Shown here piece by piece: positions 52,872 to 62,923 of a stretch of 64,000 nt of DNA. The notes below the pieces were generated by a model, which was not told the origin of the DNA, made no database searches, and saw only the letters and a program-made list of their open reading frames with translations. A program made the position numbers and the translations under genes. This DNA is from an uncultured Pseudomonadota bacterium (GTDB lineage: Bacteria; Pseudomonadota; Alphaproteobacteria; Rhizobiales; Xanthobacteraceae). Within the stretch, counting starts at the first letter, position 1. Each line of letters begins with the position of its first letter. The stretch spans positions 10,306-74,305 of the forward strand of contig CAVPRD010000003.1 in assembly GCA_963707705.1 (NCBI GenBank). Reading direction: 5' to 3'.

Positions 52872-53576
52872 TCATGTCTGCAGTTTGTCGGCGAGATCGA
52901 CAAAGTCTTTCGCCGCGACATCGACCTTGATGGACGGGCGCTTTTCTCCGGTGCCCGGTCCGGCTTCGTCCGGCCTTGCAACATGCGCCGTCCGCAACCC
53001 GCAATCGGCTGCCGCCTTCAGATCGTAGCTATGCGCCGCCACCATCATGCAAGCTTGCGGCTCCAGATCGAAAGCCGAGCAAGCCGCGCGATACACCACA
53101 GGCTTTGGCTTGTAGTCCCCCGCGATTTCGGCGCCGAGAATAGCGTCCCAGCGAAAGCCGTTGTGACGGGCTAGGTTCGCCATCAGCGAAATATTGCCGT
53201 TCGAAACCGGGGCGAGCAGGAAGCGCTTGCTCAGGCGCTTCAGTCCATCGGTTGCGTCGGGCCAGGCGTCCAGCCGGTGCCAACCGGTATTGAGACTTTG
53301 ACAAATCTCTTCGTCTAACGCGTCCAATCCGAATTTGGGCCGGATGCGATCGAGGTTGCGCCGGTGCAACTCATCGAGCTTGCTGAACGGGATGCGGCCC
53401 TCGCGCACCTCCTTCATTGCGGGCTGGTATTCGTTGCGCCAAGCCTGCGCGAAATCGATCCAGTCGAGTTCGTAGCCAAGTGGTTTCAAGAGCTTCTTGG
53501 CCTCGCGCGCAATGCCGCCACGCCAATCCACGACGGTCCCGAAAATGTCGAAAAACAGTGCCTTCGCTTCCACCAT
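52872..53576 (-). CDS. Haloacid dehalogenase type II (HAD family)
   Basis: FFDIFGTVVDWR, LAPVSNGN, YKPKP, MVAAHSYDL. Confidence 0.9.
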   Translation of the reverse strand: MVEAKALFFDIFGTVVDWRGGIAREAKKLLKPLGYELDWIDFAQAWRNEYQPAMKEVREGRIPFSKLDELHRRNLDRIRPKFGLDALDEEICQSLNTGWHRLDAWPDATDGLKRLSKRFLLAPVSNGNISLMANLARHNGFRWDAILGAEIAGDYKPKPVVYRAACSAFDLEPQACMMVAAHSYDLKAAADCGLRTAHVARPDEAGPGTGEKRPSIKVDVAAKDFVDLADKLQT

Positions 53577-53740
53577 TGCGATCAATCTCGCCGGCATTCG
53601 AATGTGGGCCGAAATCCAGGCCCGCAAGCCGCGTAAACAATTTTTTTGCTTCTCGGCATTGTGGGCAGCAATTTTTGTGTGCTAACTTAGAATGCTTAAA
53701 AATTCGACAGGCTACAACCCCCGCTGCAGGGAGGGGTGTG

Positions 53741-54763
53741 ATGCAATTGCTCGAAGGAGAATCCGGCCCGCTCGAAACTCTCCGATATCTCGAAGAAAAG
53801 GCAGGCGCCGGAATCTGGAGCCTAGATTTTGCTAGTCGCAAGATGGCGTGGTCGGATGGCTTTTTTGTCCTCCTCGGTCTGAAACCGGGATCAGTCGAAC
53901 CGTCCTACGCGGCGATTGTGGAATTGATGCATCCGGACGATCGACGGCCGGCCGGCGAATTCGACCGGATCCTTGGCGAGGGACTGCCGCTCGATCGCGA
54001 ATTGCGCATCATCCAACCGAACGGAAAATTACGCTGGATTTCCAGCCGCACCGAAGTTCATCTCGACAAAACGGGAACAACAACACGCGCCTATGGTGTC
54101 GCGCTCGACGTGACGTCGCAGCGCGAGATCGCGCTCGCTCGCGACGCCGCCGATTCACGCTTTCGGGCGCTCGTGGTCGCCACCAATTCCTTCGTGTGGA
54201 CAGCGGACGCCGAAGGCAACTTGCTTGATATTCGCAACTGGCGGGAATTGCGCGGCGAGAACCCGGCCGACCTGCTCGGCTCGCGCTGGATGGATATCGT
54301 TCACCCCGACGACCGCGAGCGCACTCTGAAAGCTTGGAACGCCGCCATAAACCTGAAGAACGAATATCAGATTGAACATCAAGTACGTCAGCCGGACGGC
54401 TCCTATCGCTGGATGATCTCGCGGGCGGCGCCGATCATGCTGGAGACCGGCGCGGTACGCGAATGGGTCGGCATGTCCTCGGACATTCACGACCGCAAGG
54501 TCTGGCCGGCGACATCAGGCAGCGAACAATCCGTCCTAACCGGCGCACAGCTTCGTGCAGGGCGAGGCGTGGTGAATTGGTCGGTACGCGAATTGGCCGA
54601 AGCCGCGCACATTTCGAGTTCCACAATCCGCCGACTGGAGGAATCAAACGGTCCGCCAGCTACGGTCGAGGAGTCCTTGGCTCCGCTTCAGACGGCGCTC
54701 GAAAATGCCGGCGTGGAGTTTCTGTTCCCGCCAAACGGCAGGCCCGGCGTCCGTCCGCGCTGA
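53741..54763 (+). CDS. PAS-PAS-HTH(XRE) one-component regulator
   Basis: Two PAS/PAC modules (MHPDDR...LRWI; VHPDDRE...SYRWMISRA) and C-terminal LTGAQLRAGRGVVNWSVRELAEAAHISSSTIRRLE. Confidence 0.85.
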   Translation: MQLLEGESGPLETLRYLEEKAGAGIWSLDFASRKMAWSDGFFVLLGLKPGSVEPSYAAIVELMHPDDRRPAGEFDRILGEGLPLDRELRIIQPNGKLRWISSRTEVHLDKTGTTTRAYGVALDVTSQREIALARDAADSRFRALVVATNSFVWTADAEGNLLDIRNWRELRGENPADLLGSRWMDIVHPDDRERTLKAWNAAINLKNEYQIEHQVRQPDGSYRWMISRAAPIMLETGAVREWVGMSSDIHDRKVWPATSGSEQSVLTGAQLRAGRGVVNWSVRELAEAAHISSSTIRRLEESNGPPATVEESLAPLQTALENAGVEFLFPPNGRPGVRPR

Positions 54764-54873
54764 CACCCTCGCCCGCTGCGGCATAGGCGCGGTGCGACCT
54801 GCTCGCATAGGTCCGCGCTTGACGGCACAACCTTTGCTGCCGCAGGTTTGCGGCGGGGCAAAGGAGCATATGG

Positions 54874-56073
54874 ATGCGCCGTTTATGCATTTGCCTTTTC
54901 GTCGTGATGTTTTTGGCCGCAGGCTCCGCCGCGCAGGCCGCAGGCTGCCGCGGCAGTCAGCCGTTCGGCGCCTGGATTGAGGAATTCACGAGCGAGGCAT
55001 TGGCCGCCGGCATTACGCGACAAACCCTCGCCTCCGCGCAGCCCTATTTCATTTTCGACCAGTCGATCGTGAACAAGGATCGCGGTCAGGGCGTATTCGC
55101 ACAAAGCTTCCTGCAATTCTCCGACCGGATGGCCGCCCCCTACCGCATCCAGAAGGCTGGCCAATTGATCCAGCAGCATGCGGCGGTGTTCGATCGCATC
55201 GAAAAGGAATTCGGTGTGCCGCCGCAGCCGATCCTTGCCTTCTGGGCGCTCGAGACCGATTTCGGCGCCAATATTGGCGATCTGCCAACCATCCGCTCGC
55301 TGGTTTCGCTCGGCTTCGATTGCCGCCGCTCCGAGATGTTCCAGAAGGAATTGATTTCGGCGTTGAAAGTCGTGCAACGAGGCGACCTGCGGCCCGACGA
55401 AATGCGTGGGCCTTGGGCCGGCGAGCTTGGGCAATTGCAATTTCTGCCGTCGCATTATTTTGATTATGCCGTCGACTATGACGGTGACGGCCGCCGGGAC
55501 CTGCTCAACAGCGCGCCCGACGCACTGGGCTCCGCCGGCAATTTCCTCTCAAAGCTCGGATGGAAACGTGGCGAGCCGTGGCTCACCGAAGTTCGCGTGC
55601 CGCAGAATCTACCCTGGGATCAGGCTGATCTTGCGATCCAGCATGCGCGCTCGCAATGGAGCAAGATGGGCGTCTCGCTTGCAAATGGGCAGCCACTGCC
55701 ATTTGACGAACTGAAGGCATCACTGCTTCTGCCGATGGGGCGGTTCGGACCGGCCTTCCTCGCCTACGACAATTTCCAGATATTGCTGAAATGGAACCAG
55801 TCGATCGTTTATTCGACCACAGTTGCCTATCTCGCCAATCGCATCGCAGGCGCCCCACCGGTGCAGCGCGGCACGCAACAGATCGCCTCGCTCGATGCAA
55901 AACAGCTTCAGGAACTGCAGAAGCTGTTGGCGGCGCGCGGTTTCGAGCCCGGCAAGGCGGACGGAAAAATGGGGTTCGATACCAAGTCCGCCATCAAGCA
56001 GGCTCAAGTGAAGCTCGGCCTGCCTGCCAATTCTTACCCCAATCTTGAACTGATCGAGCGCTTGCGCCGCTAG
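54874..56073 (+). CDS. Lytic murein transglycosylase (MltB/SLT_2 family) with C-terminal PG-binding domain
   Basis: FWALETDFG, GPWAGELGQLQFLPS, DYDGDGRRDL, ADGKMG..TKSAI. Confidence 0.92.
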   Translation: MRRLCICLFVVMFLAAGSAAQAAGCRGSQPFGAWIEEFTSEALAAGITRQTLASAQPYFIFDQSIVNKDRGQGVFAQSFLQFSDRMAAPYRIQKAGQLIQQHAAVFDRIEKEFGVPPQPILAFWALETDFGANIGDLPTIRSLVSLGFDCRRSEMFQKELISALKVVQRGDLRPDEMRGPWAGELGQLQFLPSHYFDYAVDYDGDGRRDLLNSAPDALGSAGNFLSKLGWKRGEPWLTEVRVPQNLPWDQADLAIQHARSQWSKMGVSLANGQPLPFDELKASLLLPMGRFGPAFLAYDNFQILLKWNQSIVYSTTVAYLANRIAGAPPVQRGTQQIASLDAKQLQELQKLLAARGFEPGKADGKMGFDTKSAIKQAQVKLGLPANSYPNLELIERLRR

Positions 56074-56305
56074 GGCGGCCATCTCGGGCGACCCATGCAG
56101 AATCGAGGCAACGAAAAGCCCGATTAGAAGGCGTTTTGCCCAATCTCGGTTCAATTGGCTTCAAACTTTAATGAAATGTGACCGTTATTATGCATTTCCG
56201 TCATGGCTGCATCGCAACATAGAAACTGTTGCAGCGCACAATATGCACCTATCTTGTTGTCAGAATCAGTTGGACTTCTGCTGATCTTTCAAAAGGATAA
56301 CCGCC

Positions 56306-56467
56306 ATGTTCCTCGCACATTTCTTCCGCTTCCTGCGGCAGTGGAAGGCTTATGGCAACAGCCTCCAGGAGCTTTCCCGTCTCGGTGACCGAGAACTCGC
56401 CGACATCGGCATCAGCCGCTCCGATATCCCGCGCATCGCGTGGGAGAATGCCGAACGCACCGCTTGA
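56306..56467 (+). CDS. DUF1127 small protein (53 aa), absent from the ORF track
   Basis: AAGGA RBS; MFLAHFFRFLRQWKAYGNSLQELSRLGDRELADIGISRSDIPRIAWENAERTA; the LxDRELADIGI motif is diagnostic. Confidence 0.9.
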   Translation: MFLAHFFRFLRQWKAYGNSLQELSRLGDRELADIGISRSDIPRIAWENAERTA

Positions 56468-56494
56468 TTGCATAACCCAATCAGCGCAACTGAC

Positions 56495-56519
56495 AACGCC
56501 CCCTTTACGGGGGCGTTTT
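56495..56519 (+). terminator. Terminator after DUF1127 gene
   Basis: AACGCCCCC-TTTAC-GGGGGCGTT-TT. Confidence 0.8.
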
Positions 56520-56565
56520 CATGTCTGGATTGCCCCTTGCTCCTGCATCGCCTAGCTAGTCCCCC

Positions 56566-57984
56566 ATGACCGGCCCGGCACCCATCCACATCATCGGCGG
56601 CGGCCTCGCCGGCTGCGAGGCGGCCTGGCAAATAGCCGAGCGCGGCGTCCCCGCTGTAGTCCACGAGATGCGCCCGCTGCGCGCGACCGCCGCTCACCGC
56701 ACCGACGCACTCGCCGAACTCGTCTGCTCCAATTCCTTCCGCTCCGACGACAGTGGTACGAATGCGGTAGGCCTCCTGCACGAGGAGCTTCGCAGGCTCG
56801 GCTCGCTCATCATGCGGTCGGCGGACGCTCATCAAGTGCCTGCCGGCGGCGCGCTTGCTGTCGACCGCAATGAGTTCTCTGCCGCCGTAACCGAAGCGAT
56901 CGAAACCCATCCCCTGATCCGCATCGAACGCGGCGAGATCGATGGCCTGCCGCCTTCGGACTGGGACAACGTCATCGTTGCAACAGGGCCCCTCACCTCG
57001 CCAGCGCTTGCCGATGCCATCCGTAAAGCGAGCGGTGAGGATGCGCTGGCCTTTTTCGATGCCATCGCACCGATCGTGCATCGCGAATCCATCGACATGT
57101 CGGCCGCCTGGTTCCAGTCGCGCTATGACAAGGCCGGGCCGGGCGGGTCCGGCGCCGATTACATCAATTGTCCGCTCGACCGGGCCCAGTACGACGTCTT
57201 CGTCGACGCACTGGTGGAAGCCGACACGGTGTCCTTCCACGAATGGGAAGCGACCACGCCCTATTTCGACGGCTGCCTGCCGGTTGAGGTGATGGCGAAG
57301 CGCGGGCGCGAGACGCTGCGGCATGGCCCGATGAAGCCGTTCGGGCTTACCAATCCTCACAACCCGCATGAGAAAGCTTATGCGGTGGTTCAGCTGCGCC
57401 AGGACAACAGGCTGGGCACGCTGTTCAACATCGTGGGCTTCCAGACCAAGCTGAAACACGGCGAGCAGGTGCGGATCCTTCGCACTATCCCCGGGCTCGA
57501 ACAGGCGGAATTCGCACGCCTCGGCGGACTGCACCGAAATACCTATTTGAATTCACCGAAAGTGCTGGACGAGACCTTGCGGCTTAAGGCTCTGCCCCGG
57601 TTGCGATTTGCAGGGCAAATCTCCGGCTGCGAGGGCTATGTCGAATCCTCCGCCATCGGGCTCCTTGCCGGCCGATTTGCCGCCGCCGAACGACTCGGGC
57701 AACCGAAAGATCTGCCACCTGCCACCACAGCGCACGGAGCGCTGCTAGGCCACATCACTGGCGGACATATCGAGACCATCGATGCCGGGCCGCGCTCCTT
57801 TCAGCCGATGAATGTCAATTTCGGCCTTTTTCCCCCGCTTGCGGAGATGCCGACCAGGGACGAAGCCGGCCAACGGTTGCGCGGCCCAGCCAAAACGATC
57901 GCAAAGAAGCGCGCCTTGACGGCACGGGCGCTGACCGATCTGGATGGCTGGACCCGCGGCGGATGTCTGATCGCTGCCGAATAG
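56566..57984 (+). CDS. trmFO: tRNA (uracil-54) methyltransferase TrmFO
   Basis: [49 protein letters not shown]. Confidence 0.96.
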   Translation: MTGPAPIHIIGGGLAGCEAAWQIAERGVPAVVHEMRPLRATAAHRTDALAELVCSNSFRSDDSGTNAVGLLHEELRRLGSLIMRSADAHQVPAGGALAVDRNEFSAAVTEAIETHPLIRIERGEIDGLPPSDWDNVIVATGPLTSPALADAIRKASGEDALAFFDAIAPIVHRESIDMSAAWFQSRYDKAGPGGSGADYINCPLDRAQYDVFVDALVEADTVSFHEWEATTPYFDGCLPVEVMAKRGRETLRHGPMKPFGLTNPHNPHEKAYAVVQLRQDNRLGTLFNIVGFQTKLKHGEQVRILRTIPGLEQAEFARLGGLHRNTYLNSPKVLDETLRLKALPRLRFAGQISGCEGYVESSAIGLLAGRFAAAERLGQPKDLPPATTAHGALLGHITGGHIETIDAGPRSFQPMNVNFGLFPPLAEMPTRDEAGQRLRGPAKTIAKKRALTARALTDLDGWTRGGCLIAAE

Positions 57985-57991
57985 CTCTCAC

Positions 57992-59065
57992 ATGACCGAT
58001 CTGGACACCATACCCGCCGAGCTTGTCGGGCGTTTCCGCAGCCGCCTGGTGCTGAAGCAAGACGTGTTTTCGACCGTGGAACGCGGCAGCTTCCTCACGC
58101 CCAACGGCGAGGTCGAGGCGGTCATGCGCCGGATCGATCTCGTGCCCTGGTGGAGCGCGGGCATTGCGAAGCACTTCCTCAAGCGCGAGGCGCGCGGTCT
58201 TGAGGTCGCTGGGGGCTTCGGCGTCGCGCCGCCGCTGCTTTATCACGGCAAGGAGGCGCTGGTCCGCGGCTGGATCGACGGTCTGCCGATGCACATCGCA
58301 AGACCCGAAGGCGACAATCTCTATTTCCGGTCCGCGCGGCGTGCGCTGCGCAGCCTCCACCGCGAATGCCTGACGCACAACGATCTTGCCAAGGAGCAGA
58401 ACTGGCTTCGCACCCCCACCGGCTATGCGTCGCTGACCGATTTTCAGCTCGCGACGCGTTTTGCTCGGCGCGGCGCCATGTTCCGCATGGCAGCCTATGA
58501 AGACCTGCGGCACATGCTCAAACACAAACGCCGCTATGCGCCGGATTTCCTGACGCCGTCGGAAAAGCGCGTATTGTCGCGCAAGACTTGGCCGACGCGG
58601 ATATGGATGGCGACCGGCAAGAAGGTCTATTACTGGATCACCCGCGGCCTTTTGAATTTCACCGATCGCGAAGGCTCCGGCCCGCGTTTCGTCAATGATG
58701 CTCCGCGTCTTACGGCGCGTCTCAAGCAATATGCCGGTGTACGCGACGCTGTGATTGTCGCCTTCCCGGATCGTCGCACCGGCACCGGCCTTTATGCTTT
58801 CGTGGAAGGCGACCGCCTGGCCGAGAACGATCTACAGCAATTCCTTTCCGATGATCCGCAAAAGGTTCCGGTGCCGGAACGCCTGCAGGTAGTCGAGCGG
58901 CTGCCGCGCGGGCGCTCTGACGAAGTGCGCACCGATATCCTGCAACTGGTCGCGATGAACCAGATCGATCTGATCGATCCCCTGATCGCAAGCGAGAGCG
59001 AGAAGGAAGTGGTGGCGCAGATTGTCGCCGGCCGGCAAAACCTGCGCGACCGATTTGCGTTTTAG
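57992..59065 (+). CDS. Kdo/RIO1-like kinase fused to an AMP-binding-enzyme C-terminal-like domain
   Basis: HNDLAKEQN catalytic loop and DFQLA; C-terminus GVRDAVIVAFPDRRTGTGLYAFVE...VPERLQVVERLPR resembles the ANL C-domain. Confidence 0.75.
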   Translation: MTDLDTIPAELVGRFRSRLVLKQDVFSTVERGSFLTPNGEVEAVMRRIDLVPWWSAGIAKHFLKREARGLEVAGGFGVAPPLLYHGKEALVRGWIDGLPMHIARPEGDNLYFRSARRALRSLHRECLTHNDLAKEQNWLRTPTGYASLTDFQLATRFARRGAMFRMAAYEDLRHMLKHKRRYAPDFLTPSEKRVLSRKTWPTRIWMATGKKVYYWITRGLLNFTDREGSGPRFVNDAPRLTARLKQYAGVRDAVIVAFPDRRTGTGLYAFVEGDRLAENDLQQFLSDDPQKVPVPERLQVVERLPRGRSDEVRTDILQLVAMNQIDLIDPLIASESEKEVVAQIVAGRQNLRDRFAF

Positions 59066-59156
59066 AACCCCGGTTCTGGAATCATATCGGAAGCTCTACT
59101 TTTTGACGCGTTTTCTTCACGCGAACCGGTATCCACTTCGCTCGAAAACGCTTTAA
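59063..59156. repeat. Second Rhizobiales intergenic palindromic repeat type
   Basis: ...TTTTGACGCGTTTTCTTCACGCGAACCGGTATCCACTTCGCTCGAAAACGCTTTAA with GCGTTTTC/GAAAACGC stem; recognised from similar elements in Rhizobiales. Confidence 0.65.
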
Positions 59157-59809
59157 AGCCACGCCGCCAGGTTCTTCGACGCCCGCCACAAAATCCATTG
59201 TTTGCGCCATTGCGGCAACGTCGCGCGATCGTCGACACTCAACGCGAGCGGCAGGAAAGCCGGCAGCACGTCCGGCGCCAAATTCGGGATCAGCGACTTC
59301 ACGGCATTGCGATGGTCCGCGCTCGCCTGCGGCTTGAGTGCCACAACGCCCGCGTGATGCGCGGCGAGCTTCGTAGCCTCGCTCGGTGTCCCACCAAGAA
59401 CCTGCGCCGCCATCAGATAGATCGCGCCCTCGGTCTGCGAGGCAAACAGCTCAAATTCAGCCTCGCTCTGGCTGCCGTTGTCGTATAGCGCCTGTCGCCT
59501 TGCATCGATCAGCGATAGCGCCAGCGTCGTGTCGATGCCGTAACGCGCGGTGGTATCCAGCATCGCGTCGGCGACCGGATTGCCGGGACTTTCCGAAATC
59601 CCGGCCAGCGCGTCGTGCCACCATTGCAGGCGAATCTCGCCAGCCGCCGGATCGCGTACCTTCTGCGCCACCCCTGCGGTTTCCTGGTCGAAGGCATAGA
59701 GGACGTACAGGTCGCTCCTGCTTGCCGTTGGCGCGAACAGGGTCGCGAGGAAACGGTCCTTGTCCGTATCCCGCACCAGGCTTTCGCAATAGTCGCTATT
59801 CGCGGTCAT
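59153..59809 (-). CDS. Squalene/phytoene synthase-like protein (NDUFAF6-like)
   Basis: DKDRFLATLFAP, LYAFDQE, GEIRLQWWHDAL, QWRKQWILWRAS. Confidence 0.8.
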   Translation of the reverse strand: MTANSDYCESLVRDTDKDRFLATLFAPTASRSDLYVLYAFDQETAGVAQKVRDPAAGEIRLQWWHDALAGISESPGNPVADAMLDTTARYGIDTTLALSLIDARRQALYDNGSQSEAEFELFASQTEGAIYLMAAQVLGGTPSEATKLAAHHAGVVALKPQASADHRNAVKSLIPNLAPDVLPAFLPLALSVDDRATLPQWRKQWILWRASKNLAAWL

Positions 59810-59828
59810 CCAGGTGACCCTACGTGAT

Positions 59829-60215
59829 TCAGTCGACTGCGATCAGTGCCGCGGCGACCCGGCGGCCCTCTTCCAGCAGAATATTATAGGTGTTGGCGGC
59901 CTGACCGGTCTGGCTGGTTTCGGCGGAGATCTTGTGCGTGGCGAAAGCCGAAAGCAGTTCCGCCGGCAGGCCCCAGCGCGCGCGGCCGGTGCCGATCAGC
60001 AACAGGCCGATACGGTCGGCTTCCGCCAGAACCGGCGCCAGCGTCTCGATCGTGATGCCGGCAGGCTCGCTCACCGGCCATCCATAAATGCCGCTTGGCA
60101 GGCACAGCAGCGAACCGCGATGCGACATGCCGGCGAAGCGAAAACCGCTGCGACCGTAGGACTCGATGACCACCTGTCCCGGAAAATGGGGCGTTCTGAA
60201 AAGGTCGTCTTCCAC
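59829..60215 (-). CDS. Mth938-like protein (NDUFAF3-like)
   Basis: IESYGRSGFRFA, LLIGTG, TGQAANTYNILLEEGRRVAAALI. Confidence 0.88.
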   Translation of the reverse strand: MEDDLFRTPHFPGQVVIESYGRSGFRFAGMSHRGSLLCLPSGIYGWPVSEPAGITIETLAPVLAEADRIGLLLIGTGRARWGLPAELLSAFATHKISAETSQTGQAANTYNILLEEGRRVAAALIAVD

Positions 60216-61269
60216 TCAGCGCTTGGCGGTCGCAGGCTTGCCGGAAGTTTTGCCCGTAGTCTTGCCGGCAGGCTTCGCCGGCGAATCTGGCTTTGCGGCA
60301 GCCGCGACCTTGGAAGCCACTTCGGCCTCGAATTTCGCCGGCGCCGGTTCGTCGGCTTCCTGACGGCCGAGGCCGACACCAAGATAGATCAGGATCGGGG
60401 CCGCGATGAAAATCGACGTATAGGTGCCGACCAGCACCACGCCAAACAGCATGGTCGCCGTGAACGAATGGATGGCATGGCCACCGAAGAAGAACAGCGC
60501 CAGCAGTGCCAGCGTAACGGTGACGTGGGTGATGACCGAGCGCGACAGCGTCGAATTGACCGAGATGTTCAACAAGTCTGCAATCGGCATCTTCTTGTAG
60601 CGCCGCAGCATTTCGCGAATACGGTCGTAGATGACCACGGTGTCGTTCAGCGAATAGCCGAGAATGGTGAGCAGGGCCGCGATGCTGGTCAGGTCGAAAT
60701 CGATCTGCGTCAGCGACATGAAGCCGATCGTCAGCACGAGGTCGTGGACGTTCGCGACCATCGCGCCGAGCGCGAATTGCCACTCAAAGCGGAACCACAA
60801 ATAGACAAGGATCGCGGAGATTGCGAACAACAGGCCGATCATGCCGTAGGCGAGCAACTCGGTCGAAACGCGAGGGCCCACCACTTCGGTGCGACGGAAA
60901 TCGACGTCGCTGCCGAGCGCATCCCGCACCTTTTGAGCGGCTTGCTGCTGCGCGCACTTCGCCGCCGGCCTGTTGAGGGATACGGATCAGCACGTCGGTC
61001 GGATTACCGAATTGCTGAAGTTGTATCTCGCCAAGACCGAGCGCGCCGGTCGCAGCCCGCATTTTCGCAAGATCGGCAGGACCTGACTTCGATTGGATTT
61101 CGATCAGGGTTCCACCGACGAAATCGACGCCGAAATTCAGCCCATTGAAAAAGAACAGCAGCATCGCGGCAATCGAAAGCACCGCCGACACGGGAAAGCT
61201 GATGCGCCGGAAGCGCATGAAGTCGAACTTGGTGTCGTCGGGAACGATTCGAAGGAGAGGAATATGCAC
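60216..61269 (-). CDS. secF: Protein translocase subunit SecF; +1 frameshift at about 60954
   Basis: LNFGVDFVGG, EVVGPRVS, GYSLNDTVVIYDRIRE, TLSRSVIT. Confidence 0.95.
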
Positions 61270-61283
61270 GTTTCTTCTTTCCG

Positions 61284-62888
61284 TCAGATCGGCACGGTGC
61301 GCGGGCGCCACCAGCGCACCCAGAGCGCGACCAGGAGGCGCGTGAAGGTGAAAGCGGTGAACACGGTCGTGATGATACCGATGCCAAGCGTGACGGCGAA
61401 CCCTCGCACCGGGCCGGTGCCGATATAGAACAGCACCGCGGCGGCGATGAAGGTTGTGATGTTGGAATCGAGGATGGTCGCAAGCGCGCGGGTGAAGCCG
61501 GCATCGATCGCATTCAGTGCCGAGCGGCCGGCCCTCACCTCTTCGCGGATGCGTTCATAGATCAGCACGTTGGAATCCACCGCGATGCCGACAGTCAGCA
61601 CGATACCGCAGATGCCAGGCAGCGTGAGCGTCGCGTTGAGCAGCGACAGGACGCCCATGATCATCGCGACGTTGATCGCGACCGCGATATTGGCGAACAG
61701 CCCGAACAGGCCATAGGTCGCGAACATGAACAGGACAACGGCGAGCGAGCCGATCCAGGCAGCTCGTATGCCCTTGTCGATCGAATCCTGACCGAGTCCG
61801 GCGCCGACCGTACGCTCCTCGATGATCGTAAGCGGTGCCGGCAACGCGCCGGCGCGCAACAGGATCGCGAGGTCGTTCGCGGCCTGCACGGTGAAATTGC
61901 CGGAAATCTGGCCCTGGCCACCGATGATCGGCTCGCGGATCACGGGTGCTGAAATCACTTCATTGTCGAGCACGATGGCAAAAGGCCGCCCGACATTATC
62001 CTGCGTCGCGGTCGCAAAGCGCCGCGCTCCATTGGTGTTGAACTTGAACGATACGACCGGCTCGCTGGTGCGCTGATCGAAGGTCGCCTGCGCGTCGGTC
62101 AGGTCTTCGCCCGATACCACCACTCGCCGTTCGATCACATAGGGCTGATTGTTCTCGGACTTGGTGCCTTTAAGAAGTTCGGATTCCGGCGGCACCTTGC
62201 CCTGCACCGCCTGCTCCGGCGTTGTGGTCTGGTCGACCATTCGGAAGGTGAGCTTCGCGGTCTTGCCGAGCAATTCCTTCAGGCGCTGCGGGTCCTGCAG
62301 ACCCGGCACCTGCACCAGCACGCGGTCGATGCCCTGCCGCTGGATCGAAGGTTCGACCGTGCCGAGCTCGTTGACGCGCCGCTCGATGATCTGGATCGAC
62401 TGCTCGACCGATTGGCGGATGCGCTCGACCAAAGCCGGCTCGGTGACGGTCAATCGGAACAGGCCGCCGGATTCGGAGATATCGACCGTGCGTTGCCCCG
62501 TCGCCTGCAACAGACCGCCGAGCGGCTGCGACAATTCACTGAGCTTCTGTGAGGCGAGCTTGGTATCGCCACCGTCGCGCAAACGGAACTCGACTGTGTT
62601 GCCGCGTACCGTTACGGCAGCGGGACTACCGAGCTTGTTCTCGCGCACGACGCGCCGGACGTCGTCGCGCAATGCCTCGACTTTTTCCTTGCGGACCGCG
62701 GCAGAATCGACTTCCAGCAGGATGTGCGAGCCGCCCTGCAGGTCGAGCCCGAGCACGACATGCCGCTGTGCCCATTTCGGCCACTTGTCGACGACTTCCT
62801 TCGGGAAGAAATTCGGAATAGCGAACGAGCAGACGACGAACGTCGTTGCGAGAATCGCAAACATCTTCCAGCGCGACATGTAAAGCAT
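61284..62888 (-). CDS. secD: Protein translocase subunit SecD
   Basis: LGLDLQGG, RRVNELG, LRAGALPAPL, AVDSNVLIYERIREE, GPVRGFAVTL. Confidence 0.97.
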   Translation of the reverse strand: MLYMSRWKMFAILATTFVVCSFAIPNFFPKEVVDKWPKWAQRHVVLGLDLQGGSHILLEVDSAAVRKEKVEALRDDVRRVVRENKLGSPAAVTVRGNTVEFRLRDGGDTKLASQKLSELSQPLGGLLQATGQRTVDISESGGLFRLTVTEPALVERIRQSVEQSIQIIERRVNELGTVEPSIQRQGIDRVLVQVPGLQDPQRLKELLGKTAKLTFRMVDQTTTPEQAVQGKVPPESELLKGTKSENNQPYVIERRVVVSGEDLTDAQATFDQRTSEPVVSFKFNTNGARRFATATQDNVGRPFAIVLDNEVISAPVIREPIIGGQGQISGNFTVQAANDLAILLRAGALPAPLTIIEERTVGAGLGQDSIDKGIRAAWIGSLAVVLFMFATYGLFGLFANIAVAINVAMIMGVLSLLNATLTLPGICGIVLTVGIAVDSNVLIYERIREEVRAGRSALNAIDAGFTRALATILDSNITTFIAAAVLFYIGTGPVRGFAVTLGIGIITTVFTAFTFTRLLVALWVRWWRPRTVPI

Positions 62889-62923
62889 GGGTCTACCTTG
62901 TCAGAAGAGGTCGCCCCGCCCCG

